Origin: Eledone cirrhosa
Taxonomy: Eukaryota
Reading direction: 5' to 3'
Assembly (NCBI GenBank): GCA_964016885.1
Contig: OZ024753.1
Coordinates: 27,218,001 to 27,282,000, forward strand
DNA length: 64,000 nt
Below, one piece after another: positions 40,816-54,320 of this stretch. A model generated the notes under the pieces. That model was given only the letters and a program-made list of their open reading frames with translations, ran no database searches and was not told where the DNA came from. The translations under genes and the position numbers were made by a program. The number at the start of each line of letters is the position of its first letter. The first letter of the stretch is position 1.

Positions 40816-40974
40816 TTATTATTGGTCACAGAAGGATGAAAGGCAAACACGATCACGATGAGATATGAACGCAGACCATAAAGAGATTTAACTTAATACC
40901 AGAAGGGATTTTAAGCGGCGTACTAGTTTCTAACATCCACTACCTTCATTAATAACTTTTCATATTGACTAGAA

Positions 40975-43480
40975 CAAAGGTTCTCAACGGGGGGCATATG
41001 CACCCCGGGGGGCGTTTCGGAACTCCAGGGGGCGTTTGGGAGCAAGAGGGCGTTAGGGGGGCGTTTGGAGCTTTGGGAGGCACTGAAAGGCTCTTTACTT
41101 TGGTAAGCCATATTTGGTAAGCCATATTTGTATGTCTTTGAGACAGCCAGTGTGAATGCATTTGAATGAGCATGCAGACAGCAAAACTATGGTCTGACCG
41201 CAGCTGTGAGCAGGTGTGCAGGTGTGTCTAGACATTAACCGGCAATTGAGATCCTAACAATGGAAAAACGCACAGTCAACTGGGTCATGGACACTTCGAG
41301 TGTAACCAGTTAGAATCTGGTCTTTCCTTCACCGATAACAATGTATTTCATGTCTGAAATTATTGACACAACCGTAACGAGTTAACACTATGTAGATCTA
41401 TTTTATTCCCTATTGTATAAATAATATTACAAATAAAAAAGAAAAAAAACACAGAAGTGGGTAGCACACGCATCTAGGACCACATACAACACATAAGCAG
41501 GTAATACACACATCTAGGACCACATGCAACACATAAGGAAGTAGCACACACATCTCGGACCACATACAACACACAGGCAGGTAATACATACATTTAGGAC
41601 CACATACAACACATAAGCAGGTAATACAAACATCTAGGACCACATACAACACATAATCAGGTAATACATACATCTAGGACCACATTCAACACTTAAGGAG
41701 GTAATACTTACATCTAGGACTACCTACAACACACGGGCAGGTAATACATACATCTAGGATCAAATACAACACACATTGTATCATGTGCTACGGATGACGC
41801 AAGAGCAATGGTCGGCCAACATAAGGGTTTCGTCACTCTTCTGAAGAAAGAAAATCTATCTGTATTTGTTGTTCATTGTGTCATTCATCGACAACACTTG
41901 GCTGCTAAGAAACTCAGTAAGCCGCTGAGCAAGTCCTTGCAGGTGGCCCTTGATGTCATCAATTTTATCAAACGGCATTCCCTCAATGAACGAATTTTCC
42001 GACAACTGTGCCAAGATAATGACGAAGAATTCGTCAAGTTGCTCCTTCATAATGAAGTGAGGTGGCTTTCAAAGGGCAAGTGCCTTATTCACTTCTTTGA
42101 ACTGTTCGACTCTATCATTGAGTTTCTACGAGGACGCAACACAGAACTGTATAAGAAACCCCTCGATGTGAGGCAAAACTGCGCCTACCTCACCAACATC
42201 GTCGACAAATGCAATAGCGTCATTTTGGCTTTGCAGGGGAAGAAGATCACCTTGCTTAAAGCAAGGAATGCTGTGAAAACATTCCTGGCCAAATTGAATG
42301 TCATCGAAAGGAATCTTTGTTGACGGGAATTCTATAATTTTCCTACTGTCGCCAATGTTCAAACATTGTAAGTGATGACCAACCCCAAATTTATACTGCT
42401 CACCTCCGTGCGCTACAAGACAACATGGGAGAACTGTTTGTCGACCTTTTGCCGATGGACATCCCAATGTGGGTAGCAGATCCCTTCATAGCTAACGTCG
42501 ATGATTTGGACGTTATATTTCAGGAAGAATTCATTGAACTTCAAGCAGATGACATGATCAAAATTAGATTTCCTAAAATAGGTGAACCCCTTTTTTGGAT
42601 GCAAGAGGAAATTCAGTGTCGATTTCCACACCTACATGTAGAGGCTAAGAGATTTGCTCTGCCTTTTCCAAGCTCATACTTAGTCAAGAGGAGGTTTGGT
42701 GCTGTTTCCAGACTGCACAGTAAGGCTCGCAACCGCTACGATGTAATTACACGTGGAGATCTCCGGCTACATCTTACGAAAATCCAGCCTGACGTCAAAG
42801 AGTTAGCTAGACTCCAAAAAGTTCAAGGGTCCCATTGAAATGAGGTCAAAGTTAAAGTAAGTTGATTTATCCGAAAACTTGGATATGCTATTGTTACAAA
42901 GCAAACTAACAATTTTTTTTATTTGTAGTTGCAGTCTGACTGGACTGGAAACCATCTACTACAATTCACTTACTCATTTGTTGTATATATTTTACCATTT
43001 ACTAATAAATATACCCTCCCGCGTGGTCATGAAAACCCTCTTCCGTGGTCTCTAAGCTCACAAAGCAGAGGGGACATCAAGTTAGATAACAACATTTATT
43101 CTGTCCGTTTCATTAAAGGGAAAATTGGAAAGCTTTGAAATGATATGATTGCCACTTTCTTCCAGATAAGAGCACTCTTTGGATAGACAGAGTTGTTTTT
43201 GTATAAATGTTCAAAATAGTTGGTATCGCCTGGTGGGAATATAACAAATTCAACTGGTCCTTATTCATAAAAAAGAACATTTATGTTCCTTTTTTTGAAA
43301 TTTATATATTTCCTGCAATGGTATCTTTGGAATATTGTTAATCACATTTTTAGTAATCTTCTGATATCAAAATCAGTAGTATATTTAAAAATGGAAAAAT
43401 GGGGTAGGGGAGTGGCGGGGCGTTTCGTGATTTCTAGGGACAAAAGGGGGTGTTTGGCCTAAATGGATTGAGAACCTGTG
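40975..43480 (+). mobile_element. hAT (Buster/Charlie-type) DNA transposon, defective copy A
   Basis: TIRs CAAAGGTTCTCAAC / ATTGAGAACCTGTG; perfect 8-bp TSD GACTAGAA. Transposase remnants (TDD.RAMVG, HCVIHRQHL, EVRWLS, PFPSSYL, RGDLRL) at 41775-42838 with stop and frameshift. Confidence 0.95.
41471..41775 (+). repeat. 40-bp minisatellite inside hAT copy A (~8 units)
   Basis: Unit CATCTAGGACCACATACAACACATAAGCAGGTAATACAyA at 40-bp spacing. Confidence 0.9.
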
Positions 43481-44298
43481 GACTAGAAGAAGATATGGTG
43501 TACTCGATTGAATCGGCCACTACTTATTTTTCATTAAATAACTTTAATTCCTGATCCATATGTTCTGGGATTAAAGTAGTCTCTTCGAAGATATAAGAAG
43601 TATATTGAGTGACTCAGGATAGACCTCAACTTCATTCAAAATATTCCATCACATTTTTCATTTCTTTGAAGACGAGACAACCCAAAACGGTAGAACTTAC
43701 TTATGCATTCGCAACACATCTAGGTTCATGTATTGTTTTTAAGAATGTTATTTTTTTCTTTCGACACAGACCATTGACAGGTTTCACAGAATCTGACTTT
43801 ATTTTTTTAACTATTTTTAACAACTCACAATAAAATAGGAACTAAAGATGCAAGGAGACGTAACCATTACGTACATTACCAGAACATTTCATGTGTCTCT
43901 AACGAAACCAAATTCTACAATAATCCTGAAAACAAAACTGGAACCAATTCAGTGTATCAATATTTCCTTCAATCTACACGAAGACGAAGTTTTTATTGGT
44001 GACCATCAAGCAAACAGTCTACATTATCAGGTTATACTGTATACTAAATAAGGAGAAATATTTACTTATATTTTGTATATAACTTTAAATTAGAAATATA
44101 TTAGGTGTAACAAAAATTCATATGGTGAAATATGTGTGTCTGTTATGTTATATCTACAGTGCAATCCAATATCTGTGGACATCAAATTTTAACATACAAA
44201 AGCTACAAGAAATGATAAAACAAACACAGAGATGCAAAAACACAAAATCTTAGAAGGAAGTAGAAGAGGGTTTGACGTTTTGGACATAAATCATTCTT

Positions 44299-44393
<95 letters not shown>

Positions 44394-45459
44394 TGTCTGT
44401 CATATTACATACATATACTTGGTATCCGAGCATGCATTTTCGAAGAATACTCAATTTCAAGATGCAAATTAAGTGATTAATCGTACCAGATTAATCCCAA
44501 ATTAACCACCAATCTTTAGTTCGTTTGAAAATATATTTCAGGGATTTCGTGTACTTCCGGTATCTAATGAAGTAGAAAAAAATGTTTGTCTGATCCAAGG
44601 GAGGTAACTCGTAAAATAATTTTTTTTTTTTTTTTTACCGATTCCATTCTCTTCTGATATAGTATTTGCGTGAAGCAGATACGGAAGTTTTTTCTTTATT
44701 GCCATCCAGTCAAATTGCTTGGCGAGAATCCTTTGTTCATACCACCTGTGTTGTGGCAGCTATCAGGCGGATATTTGGTGGGCGCACCTAGTATACTGCG
44801 CAAAGTTCACACCTAGTATATTGTGGGTATGCTAGGTGCGAATTTTGCGCTTTGCGGGCAAGGTTTTTTCATAGTTAGCCTCTGGTATTAAGACAAGCAT
44901 TAGGATCTAATGCGTTCTTCAGAATGAGCCACATCTCCGTGCTACAGAGCACGCATCTCTTAGTTCCGTTGATGTTGGGTCTATATATTTCGCACATACG
45001 CATGCATATACACCCAACATAAAAATACGCGCATTAAAAGATATAATATCCACGTATTATTTTTTATTTTTTTTCACTTTCAATTTATTACCGATTCTTG
45101 TTTCGTTTAGTTTCAAATATTTACAGTCAACAAAACCACTGAACAATAACAATATAAATAAATCAGTTATTCGACTTGTCTGCAATCATGCTGGGATCTT
45201 CTAGTAGAGTTTCCTCGGTTATATGTATGGTATAGCATGGGCCGTAACTCCTGAGGAGTCGAGGGGTTCCATATTGACATATGGCATTTCTAGGACATTT
45301 TTTAAACCTGGCGGAGAGAGAGTGAGGGAAAGGAAGTGAAAAAGAGCTATAGAGGAAGAATCGACCCAGTACTTGACTGGTTATATAAATCTCAATAATT
45401 ATTTCAATCTATAACTGATTTTATTGATCTCTGCTGAAGAATGCGTTATGAGTCTAAGG

Positions 45460-45620
45460 CAAGGTTTCCCAAACTTTTTCAAACGTGGAACCCTTTTTGG
45501 TTCCGAAACTTTTGGGAGAACCCCAAAGTCTAATACTGTTATATGGTCGTAATATAAATACTCTTTTTTTTTTACGGAACCCCAGAAACTCCTTTGCAAA
45601 ACCCACTTTGGGAACCACTG
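45460..45620. mobile_element. Short hAT/Charlie-like MITE
   Basis: CAAGGTTTCCCAAA / TTTGGGAACCACTG termini. Confidence 0.5.
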
Positions 45621-48071
45621 GTCAAACATCGATAATACAGATATGGAGGCACACAGACGCACACCCGCGCGTGCACACACACATATCTACACAGATACAT
45701 ACACACGCATTCACACTTAGATTTGGGCAACACTATTTGATTTATTTGAATATATAATTGACTGGAATATTTTACATAAATTTGATATTAAACGGTATGG
45801 TATTGTAAAAACTTATGCAATTAAACAAATTGTGAAATTGAATCAAATTGATATATTATTACTATTATTATTTTTCACGCAGAAGCGCCCATTTGTACTG
45901 TCCTTAATGTTAAGCTTTGTGTCAACCCTTGTGGTTAATAAAGAAAACATTATTATTATTATTCCTATCAAAACTGATTTATTGAATTTTTTGTTGTGTA
46001 AGGCATACAAGCCCTTGGACTTTGCCCTGTGAAGGGGACAGAATAATATTTGGGCCTTTTGGCCCAAATATTTGAACATTTTTACATTTTAAAAAATTAT
46101 CGAGAAAATAAAAACAAAAAAAAACATGCCCTCAGCGATATGTCTGCTGTCGTGCGACAACGACGTAGAAGTTGAGAGGAGCGCTACGGCGAAATTAACA
46201 GATATTGATAACACAAACACCACCACAAACAATGTAAACAAAGACACCAATGATACCAATGAGAACTCTAATTTTGAAAAAAATGACAGTAACAGCGACA
46301 ACGAAAAAACAGATAACAAAAAAAAATGACAAATGCAACAACAATATCAACACCACTAACATGAAAACAAACAGCAACAATACCAATTGCACCGAGAACA
46401 ACGGTGGCACCAAAGACAACAATGATAACATCGACAGTGATAACAACAACACCAACAAGAACAACGATAACGACAACAACACCCCCAACGACAACAAGAA
46501 GAACACTTCCGCTGCGGCAACAGCAGCAAAAAAGAGGCCATGCTTCAACATGGACCTCTCAAACAAAGATGAAAAGTTGGCCCAGGCATGGAAGCTCATC
46601 AAGCAAGAGCAAACCTGGGCCAACTTAACTGTCCCGGTAGAAGCTATTGAGGCAGTGGAGCGCAGAACGGTGCATTATAGATGCATCTCAGCACAAACTA
46701 AAAGGGCAGCTTTAATCCCACAAGCAGATGTCGAAGTCGCGCTGAGGTGCATCAGAAAAGACACCGAATACATAGCGAGGGGCAGACAGTACGGCACCAT
46801 TTTGGTGCTGTTCAAGTCAGAAGCCCTGGCTATGAAATACGCTATGACCCCTTGCAAAACCAGCAAGGTCATAATGTACCCTCCCACATAATGTACCCCT
46901 CTGCATTCCCAGAATCCCACCAGGACTTGACATGTGGTGGCTTCTGGGATGTGTGATTGTGGAGGGGACGGATACCGTCCCGATAGAAGTGACTGAAGAT
47001 CCTTCTCCAGATCAGACCCGAGAATGTGAAGACAATCCCGGACCACATCCACCTTCAGAATGGGACGGTCATTCATATTATGACCGAAGAAAAAGGCCGC
47101 ATTGTTTTGTTTGTGGGGAAAAAACCCATTTGCGAGCCTTCTGCCCTCAACTGCTGAAAGATGCAAGGGGTCGAAAGGCTCCACTGCTGCCGACGCCGGG
47201 GCGAGGGCCACAACCAACACCAGCACCGGCAAAACCACCAACAACAACACCAATAGAAAGACAACCACCAACATTGACCACCGAGGGGGCAAACGAGGAA
47301 AGCTGTCAAATTCCCCCCTCCCCTAAATACACACACCAATAAAACCATAAACACACACACAGACACACTTTCAGACACAGACCCCTCATCTACCAGTAGT
47401 GAAGATGAGGGAGAACCAAAATCTCCCAAAATACATAAAAGGAAACACAAAAAGAAAAAAGAAACTCAACAAAGCACAAAATCACCCACAATAAAAAGCG
47501 CAGACACCACCCACAAAACATCTCTCCAATAACACCAACATCAACACCACCATCACCATCACCAGAATCCCCCAAACGCAAACAACCTAAACAGACGCAA
47601 GAACAAATATACACATAAACATCTGAAACCACAGACACCGCACTCACAACAAACACAGACACAACCGAAACAACACCACCAAAACCATCACCACCACAGC
47701 CACGCAAACAAATAAAATCACACCAACAAAACATACAAAACTTCGTGCTCGTCAGGAGGGCCAACAAGGAACTGATGGCCCTCGTAGTACGAAGTGAAAA
47801 TATACAAAAAGAGGGGGACATTTTTAAATCGAGCACATTTCGCGTGCCGGAAGATTTGTTTCTGGTGCGAATGTCGCTCGATTTATACAAAGAAATACGA
47901 GACAGCTTTCCTCGGGACGTGGGAACCCCGAACGTAAGACCCACTTCAAGACTTTTAAAGGCAAAAGCCTCAAGAACCTGATCAGCCAGTTCCAACTGTC
48001 TGACAGGTACCGAGTAGATTTCCCTAATGCGCCAGTGTGGGCCTGGACTAACCGCATAGGGTCATCTAGAT

Positions 48072-50791
48072 CACAGGTTCTCAACCCATTTAGCCCAAAC
48101 GCCCCCTTTTGTCCCTAGAAATCACGAAACGCCCCGCCACTCCCCTACCCTATTTTTCCATTTTTCAATATACTACTGATTTTGATATCAGTAGATTACT
48201 AAAAAATTGATTAACAATATTCCAAAGATACCATTGCAGGCAGCTGAGAGTATAAATACATTCCTTGAAAGGAAATATATAAATTTCAAAAAAAGGAACA
48301 TAAATGTTCTTTTTTATGAATAAGGACCAGTTGAATTTGTTATATTCCCACCAGGCGATACCAACTATTTTTAACATTTATACAAGAGCAACTCTGTCTA
48401 TCCAAAGAGTGCTCTTATCTGGAAGAAAGTAGCAATTATATCATTTCAAAGCTTTCCAATTTCCCCTTTAATGAAACGGACAGAATAAATGTTGATATCT
48501 AACTTGATGTCCCCTCTGCTTTGTGAGCTTAGAGACCACGGAAGAGGGTTTTCATGACCACGCGGGAGGGTATATTTATTAGTAAATGGTAAAATATATA
48601 CAACAAATGAGTAAGTGAATTGTAGTAGATGGTTTCCAGTCCAGTCAGACTGCAACTACAAAAAAAAAAAATTGTTAGTTTGCTTTGTAACAATAGCATA
48701 TCCAAGTTTTCGGATAAATCAACTTACTTTAACTTTGACCTCATTTCAATGGGACCCTTGAACTTTATGGAGTCTAGCTAACTCTTTGACGTGAGGCTGG
48801 ATTTTCGTAAGATATAGCCGGAGATCTCCACGTGTAATTACATTGTAGCGGTTGCGAGCCTTACTGTGCAGTCTGGAAACAGCACCAAACCTCCTCTTGA
48901 CTAAGTATGAGCTTGGAAAAGGCAGAGCAAATCTCTTAGCCTCTACATGTAGGTGTGGAAATCGACACTGAATTTCCTCTTGCATCCAAAAAAGGGGTTC
49001 ACCTATTTTAGAAAATCTAATTTTGATCATGTCATCTGCTTGAAGTTCAATGAATTCTTCCTGAAATATAACGTCCAAATCATCGACATTAGCTATGAAG
49101 GGATCTGCTACCCACATTGGGATGTCCATCGGCAAAAGGTCGACAAAGAGTTTTCCCATATTGTCTTGTAGCGCACGGAGGTGAGTGGTATAAATTTGGA
49201 GTTGGTCATCGCTTACAATATTTGAACATTGGCGACACTAGGAAAATTATAGAATTCCCGTCAACAAAGATTATTTTCGATGACATTCAATTTGGCCAGG
49301 AATGTTTTCACAGCATTCCTTGCTTTAAGCAAGGTGATCTTCTTCCCCTGCAAAGCCAAAATGACGCTATTGCATTTGTCGACGATGTTGGTGAGGTAGG
49401 CGCAGTTTTGCCTCACATCAAGGGTTTTCTTGTACAGTTCTGTTTTGCGTCCTCGTAGAAACTCAATGATAGAGTCGAACAGTTCAAAGAAGTGAATAAG
49501 GCACTTGCCCTTTGAAAGCCACCTCACTTCATTATGAAGGAGCAACTTGACGAATTCTTCGTCATTATCTTGGCACAGTTGTCGGAAAATTCGTTCATTG
49601 AGGGAATGCCGTTTGATAAAATTGATGACATCAAGGGCCACCTGCAAGGACTTGCTCAGCGGCTTACTGAGTTTCTTAGCAGCCAAGTGTTGTCGATGAA
49701 TGACACAATGAACAACAAATACAGATAGATTTTCTTTCTTCAGAAGAGTGATGAAACCCTTATGTGCGGCGTCCGTAGCATATGATACAATGTGTGTTGT
49801 ATTTGGTCCTAGATGTATGTATTACCTGCCTGTGTGTTGTAGGTAGTTCTAGATGTAAGTATTACCTTCTTATGTATTGCATGTGGTTCCAGCTGTATGT
49901 ATTACCTGCTTGTGTGTTGTATGTGGTCCTAGATGTTTGTATTACCTGATTATGTGTTGTATGTGGTCCTAAATGTTTGTATTACCTGCTTGTGTGTTGT
50001 ATGTGGTCCTAGATGTTTGTATTACCTGATTATGTATTGTATGTGGTCCTAGATGTTTGTATTGCCTGATTATGTGTTGTATGTGGTCCTAGATGTTTGT
50101 ATTACCTCCTTATGTGTTGTATGCGGTCCCAAATGTATGTATTACCTGCCTGTGTGTTGTATGTAGTCATAGATGTGTGTGCTACCTCCTTATGTGTTGC
50201 ATGTGGTCCTAGATGTGTGTATTACCTGCTTATGTGTTGTATGTGGTCCTAGGTGCGTGTATTACCTGCTTATGTGTTGTATGTGGTCCTAGATGTGTGT
50301 GCTACCCGCTTCTGTGTTTTTTTTCTTTTTTCTTTGTAATATTATTTATACAATAGGGAATAAAATAGATCTACATAGTGTTAACTCGTTACGATTGAGT
50401 CAATAATTTCAGACATGAAATACATTGTTATCGGTGAAGGTAAGACAAGATTCTAACTGGTTACACTCGAAGTGTCCATGACCCAGTTGACTGTGCGTTT
50501 TTCCATTGTTAGGATCTCAATTGCCGGTTAATGTCTAGACACACCTGCACACCTGCTCACAGCTGCGGTCAGATCATAGTTATGCTGCCTGCATGCTCAT
50601 TCAAATGCATTCACACTGGCTGTCTCAAAGACATACAAATATGGCTTATAAAACTTACCAAAGTAAAGAGCCTTTCAGTGCTTCCCAAAGCTCCAAACGC
50701 CCTCCTAACGCCCGCTTGCTCCCAAACGCTCCCTGGAGTTCCAAAACGTCCCCCTGGGGTGCATATGCCGCGCCCTCGTTGAGAACCTTTG
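48072..50791 (-). mobile_element. hAT (Buster/Charlie-type) DNA transposon, defective copy B, nested in a LINE
   Basis: Same family as copy A, inverted; perfect 8-bp TSD ATCTAGAT (48064-48071 and 50792-50799). Confidence 0.95.
49790..50310 (-). repeat. 40-bp minisatellite inside hAT copy B (~13 units)
   Basis: Same unit as in copy A, reverse complement. Confidence 0.9.
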
Positions 50792-52898
50792 ATCTAGATC
50801 GTATATAGACAGGATATTCATTAGGAAAATAGACAGAAATAGTGTAAGTTGTCCACGTTTTGAAACGGTCGCCTATTTAGATCATAAGTTTGTGATCTGT
50901 ATGGTCGACCTAGATAAGACTCGTAGATTAGGACCGGGTTACTGGAAGCTAAACATGTCATTTCCGGCACGTAAGGCTTGCAGGGACCAGGTCAACAATT
51001 TAGTTAAGAAAAAGTTGACAGGGGGCGTCGTCAACAATAGATGGTGGGGGGCCCACAAAAGAGAGATTAGTGTAATGTCGATAGAGTTTAGCAAAGAAGT
51101 AGCGTTAGAGAAAAATAGAAAGGAGGGGGAGTTGGTAGATAAGTTAGACGAGGCTATTGGTAGTGGCATTGCAACTGACGTGCTAGCGGCGAGAATGGCA
51201 TTAGACCATTTCTTCAATGCGAAACACGAAGGTTGCATTGTCAGAGCAAAGGTGCGTGCTCTGAGAAACGAGGGAACCAAAGCTGTTCGATAGGCCCGCG
51301 TGGCAGAGGCACAGCGTGGTAATAAAACCACGATTCGGTCTCTGACGGACCGAGACGGACACGAGCTGAGCGATTGCAAGCGGATGTGTGAGGCCTTTCG
51401 CCAACATTTTGCTCGGTTGTTTGGGGGAAGTAGCGGGTTAGAGACGGTGGCAGACTTCAGTCCCTACCTCGATGGCTTGCCGCAACTCTCGAAGGCTGAC
51501 GCTGGGCGCTGCGAAAGGCCAATTACTTCAGCCGAGATTCAGGATGCCCTTTTCGGCTGCATGAGGCGCTAGTCACCCGGTTTGTATGGTAAGCCCTACG
51601 AGCTTTACGTAAATATACCAGACTTGTTCTCCAATCTCCTCGAAGCCCTCTACTGCAACTGGCAGCAAAACGGGAGTATTCCCAGTTCTTTGAGCCGGGG
51701 CGTAGTGATGCTGATAAGGAAAGACGAGAACAGGAGGGACACATTAGACAATTTCAGGCCCATAACTCTGCTCAACACAGAGTTTAAGATTTGGGCCAGG
51801 ATGTTAGCGAAGAGGTTGGCGCTTGTCGTCGGGCATTTGGTTGGGGAGGCGTAGAGAGGGTAGGGTGTAAACCTGGCTTCGGTGGGGCTCTGATCAATTT
51901 AGATCAATCAAAGCATTCGGTAGGGTCGACCATCGGTACCTGGAGGCTGTCCTCAAGGCAGCTGGCTTCGGCTTCGTCTTCAGAAGCTGGATCGCTGCAA
52001 TACACAGCGGCACCAGCTCGGTGGCCAAAATTAATGGCCACCTCTCGGAACCGTTTCAGGTCTCCCGATCGGTCCGTCAAGGGTGCCCTCTCTCCTCCCT
52101 TCTGTACGTATTGACTCTCGAGCCTTTACTGTGAAAGCTGGAGCTGTTGCAGGGCATCCCGCTCGAACCGGGTCGCGGAAAGGCTGTGTCGGCTTATGCG
52201 GACGACATCACCGTGATGGTGTCAGACACCTCAGAAATCGAGGTGGTCGGCAACTTATTGGAGGAATATGAAAGGTTGACGGGAGCAAAACTTAACCCGG
52301 AAAAGTCGGTGGGCTTGCAACTCGGCACCTGGAGAGGCAAGTCCATGCAGTCCAACAGCGTCGTTAGGCGCTGGACGGACGGACCGGTAAAGTTGCTCGG
52401 GGTTTGGTTCGGGCCAGACCTCCAGGTGGATAAGAATTGGAACGAGGTGACGGGCAGGGTAGCCAATCTCACCCAGAAATGGGCTGGGATGAAGCTATCA
52501 CTGAAAGGTCGGGCGGAGGTGGCGAACGCGTACATCGCGTCCGTCATCTACTACCGGCTGACCGTCATCCCTTGCCCTGTTCGCGCCTCACCATCTTGGA
52601 GCGGCTCGTCTTCAAATTCTTGTGGAGGGTCAGGTTCCGCTGGTGAGGCGGTCCATCTGCTGCCAGCACCCTCTACGTGGAAGGCTGGGCATGCCGTGGC
52701 TAATGATGCGCAGACACGCGCTGACTGCGGCATCGCCAGATATTCTGCCTAAACGGCGAACAGGTGTGGTCGCCTTTTGTCAGACGGGCCATTCCACAGC
52801 TCGTTTCTTTGACTGAGCTTTTGCCTTATAATAAACATCTTGAGTTATAGGAACAGCATAAAAGACAGACTATCGGAAGAAATAAATAAACAGAGAGA

Positions 52899-52944
<46 letters not shown>

Positions 52945-53705
52945 GAGAGAGTGAGAGAGAGATCACTGCTGATATGATTTGTCTTCTGTCGGTTCAAGAC
53001 CCACATTAGCTGATTTTAATTTTTTTCTCGATTTGGTTGTCAAAACAATTACTACTCTTGAACTAAGGGAACGGAGTCGATTTAATCATTTTAAAAGACA
53101 CGTTTATAAATTGAGCGATAACGAGTGTTTAAGAATTTTACAAAAGTTTAAGATTTACAAGACATTAGGGCAGAGTTTAAGGGAATTAACTTTTTATGTA
53201 TATAATAAAGACTTATTATATACATAAAAAGTTAATTCCCTTAAACTCTGCCTTAAATATTGTTCGTATGAAAGATGTTTCATTCACGTGTAGTTAAGAG
53301 GTTAATGAGAGTGTAATGTGAGAGCCTAATAGGAGTATAATAGTAAAGACCCACGAGAAAGACATAAGTTAGCGGATAGTGAGAGAGTACAGAGTTTCAG
53401 AGTTTTGTCATTATACTTGTATAGGAAATTAAAAAAAAGAACAAAACAAATAAAAAAACAGTGGGAGACAGAAAGAAAGAAAATATGAATATTAATTATT
53501 TTATTTTAATCGTAGGGAACTAAAGTGGTCCTTATCACTGAAGATAAAAAAACAAAAACATTGGATTGTTTTTGCAAAGAAGAAGAAATATATCAAGTAG
53601 GAGCATTATAAATATCTACTCCTTAAAATAGGGCCCATCACCACATGTGAATTTCGTATATCTAAAAATATACGGTATGTTTAATAAATAAACATTTTGA
53701 AAGTC

Positions 53706-54320
53706 TCAGCTATGAATAGAAGTCCAGATTTCGGCAGAGTATAAAAGAGCAGACAGAACAGATGATCTAAACACACACACCTTGGTATTGTTGGTAATAT
53801 TGCGAGTTGCCCAAACTCTTTTTTCCAATTTTCTGAAGGCAACAGAGGCCTTCTGGATGCGCAGTTGTATTTCAGAAACCAAAGCAGCCATCATTTGCGA
53901 GTCTGCTACCCAAGTAGAAAATTTTTTCTACTACTCCCAGCCTGGTTTCATCAACCATGATATTGGGTTCAGTATATGGTTCTCCAGGAGCAGGGGTAAA
54001 CATTACTTTGGTCTTTTTAAGGCTGATTGTAAGCCCAAATTCTGTACACGAGGACGAGAAACGGTCCATAATGTGTTACATGTCAGCTTCTGTGTGTGCT
54101 AGGAAGTCAGCGCCGTCGATATAAAAAAGGTCTCTGATCAGAGCTTGAAAAGTGTTTGCCTTGGCATTAAACCTTCTCAAGCTGAAAACCTTTCCAGTAG
54201 TTCTGAACCGTCACAATCATGGCAAGTATGTGTAGGCAAGGCGGCAAAGAAGATGGAGAAAAGCGTAGGAGCAGGAATATCAACTTGCTTTACCCCGTTG
54301 TCAATTCGTTTGATCCCGCT
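53706..54320 (-). mobile_element. RTE/BovB-like RT fragment
   Basis: NGVKQ...APTLFSIFF, FGLTISLKKTKVM, YLGS, RIQKASVAF, LLYSAEIWT. Confidence 0.8.

Larger units (their letters stand above)
45990..52820 (+). mobile_element. Tx1/L1-clade LINE, decayed, split by hAT copy B
   Basis: ORF1 with N/T-rich start and gag-like knuckle CFVCGEKTHLRAFC. APE endonuclease end (WTNRIGSSR|SYIDRIF, DH, GPGYWKLN). RT motifs FRPITLLN, SVRQGCPLSP, AYADD. Ends approximate. Confidence 0.88.

Noticed and set aside
41471-41775. Regularly spaced repeat resembling a CRISPR array
   Set aside because: Contiguous tandem units with no unique spacers, no cas genes, eukaryotic context, inside a hAT element
46126-47981. Asn/Thr/Pro-rich ORFs as a host gene
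   Set aside because: Frameshifted, with a gag-like knuckle, directly upstream of LINE ORF2; this is LINE ORF1
40975-50791. Single composite transposon with 2.5-kb TIRs
   Set aside because: Each copy has its own distinct TSD and the outer flanks do not match
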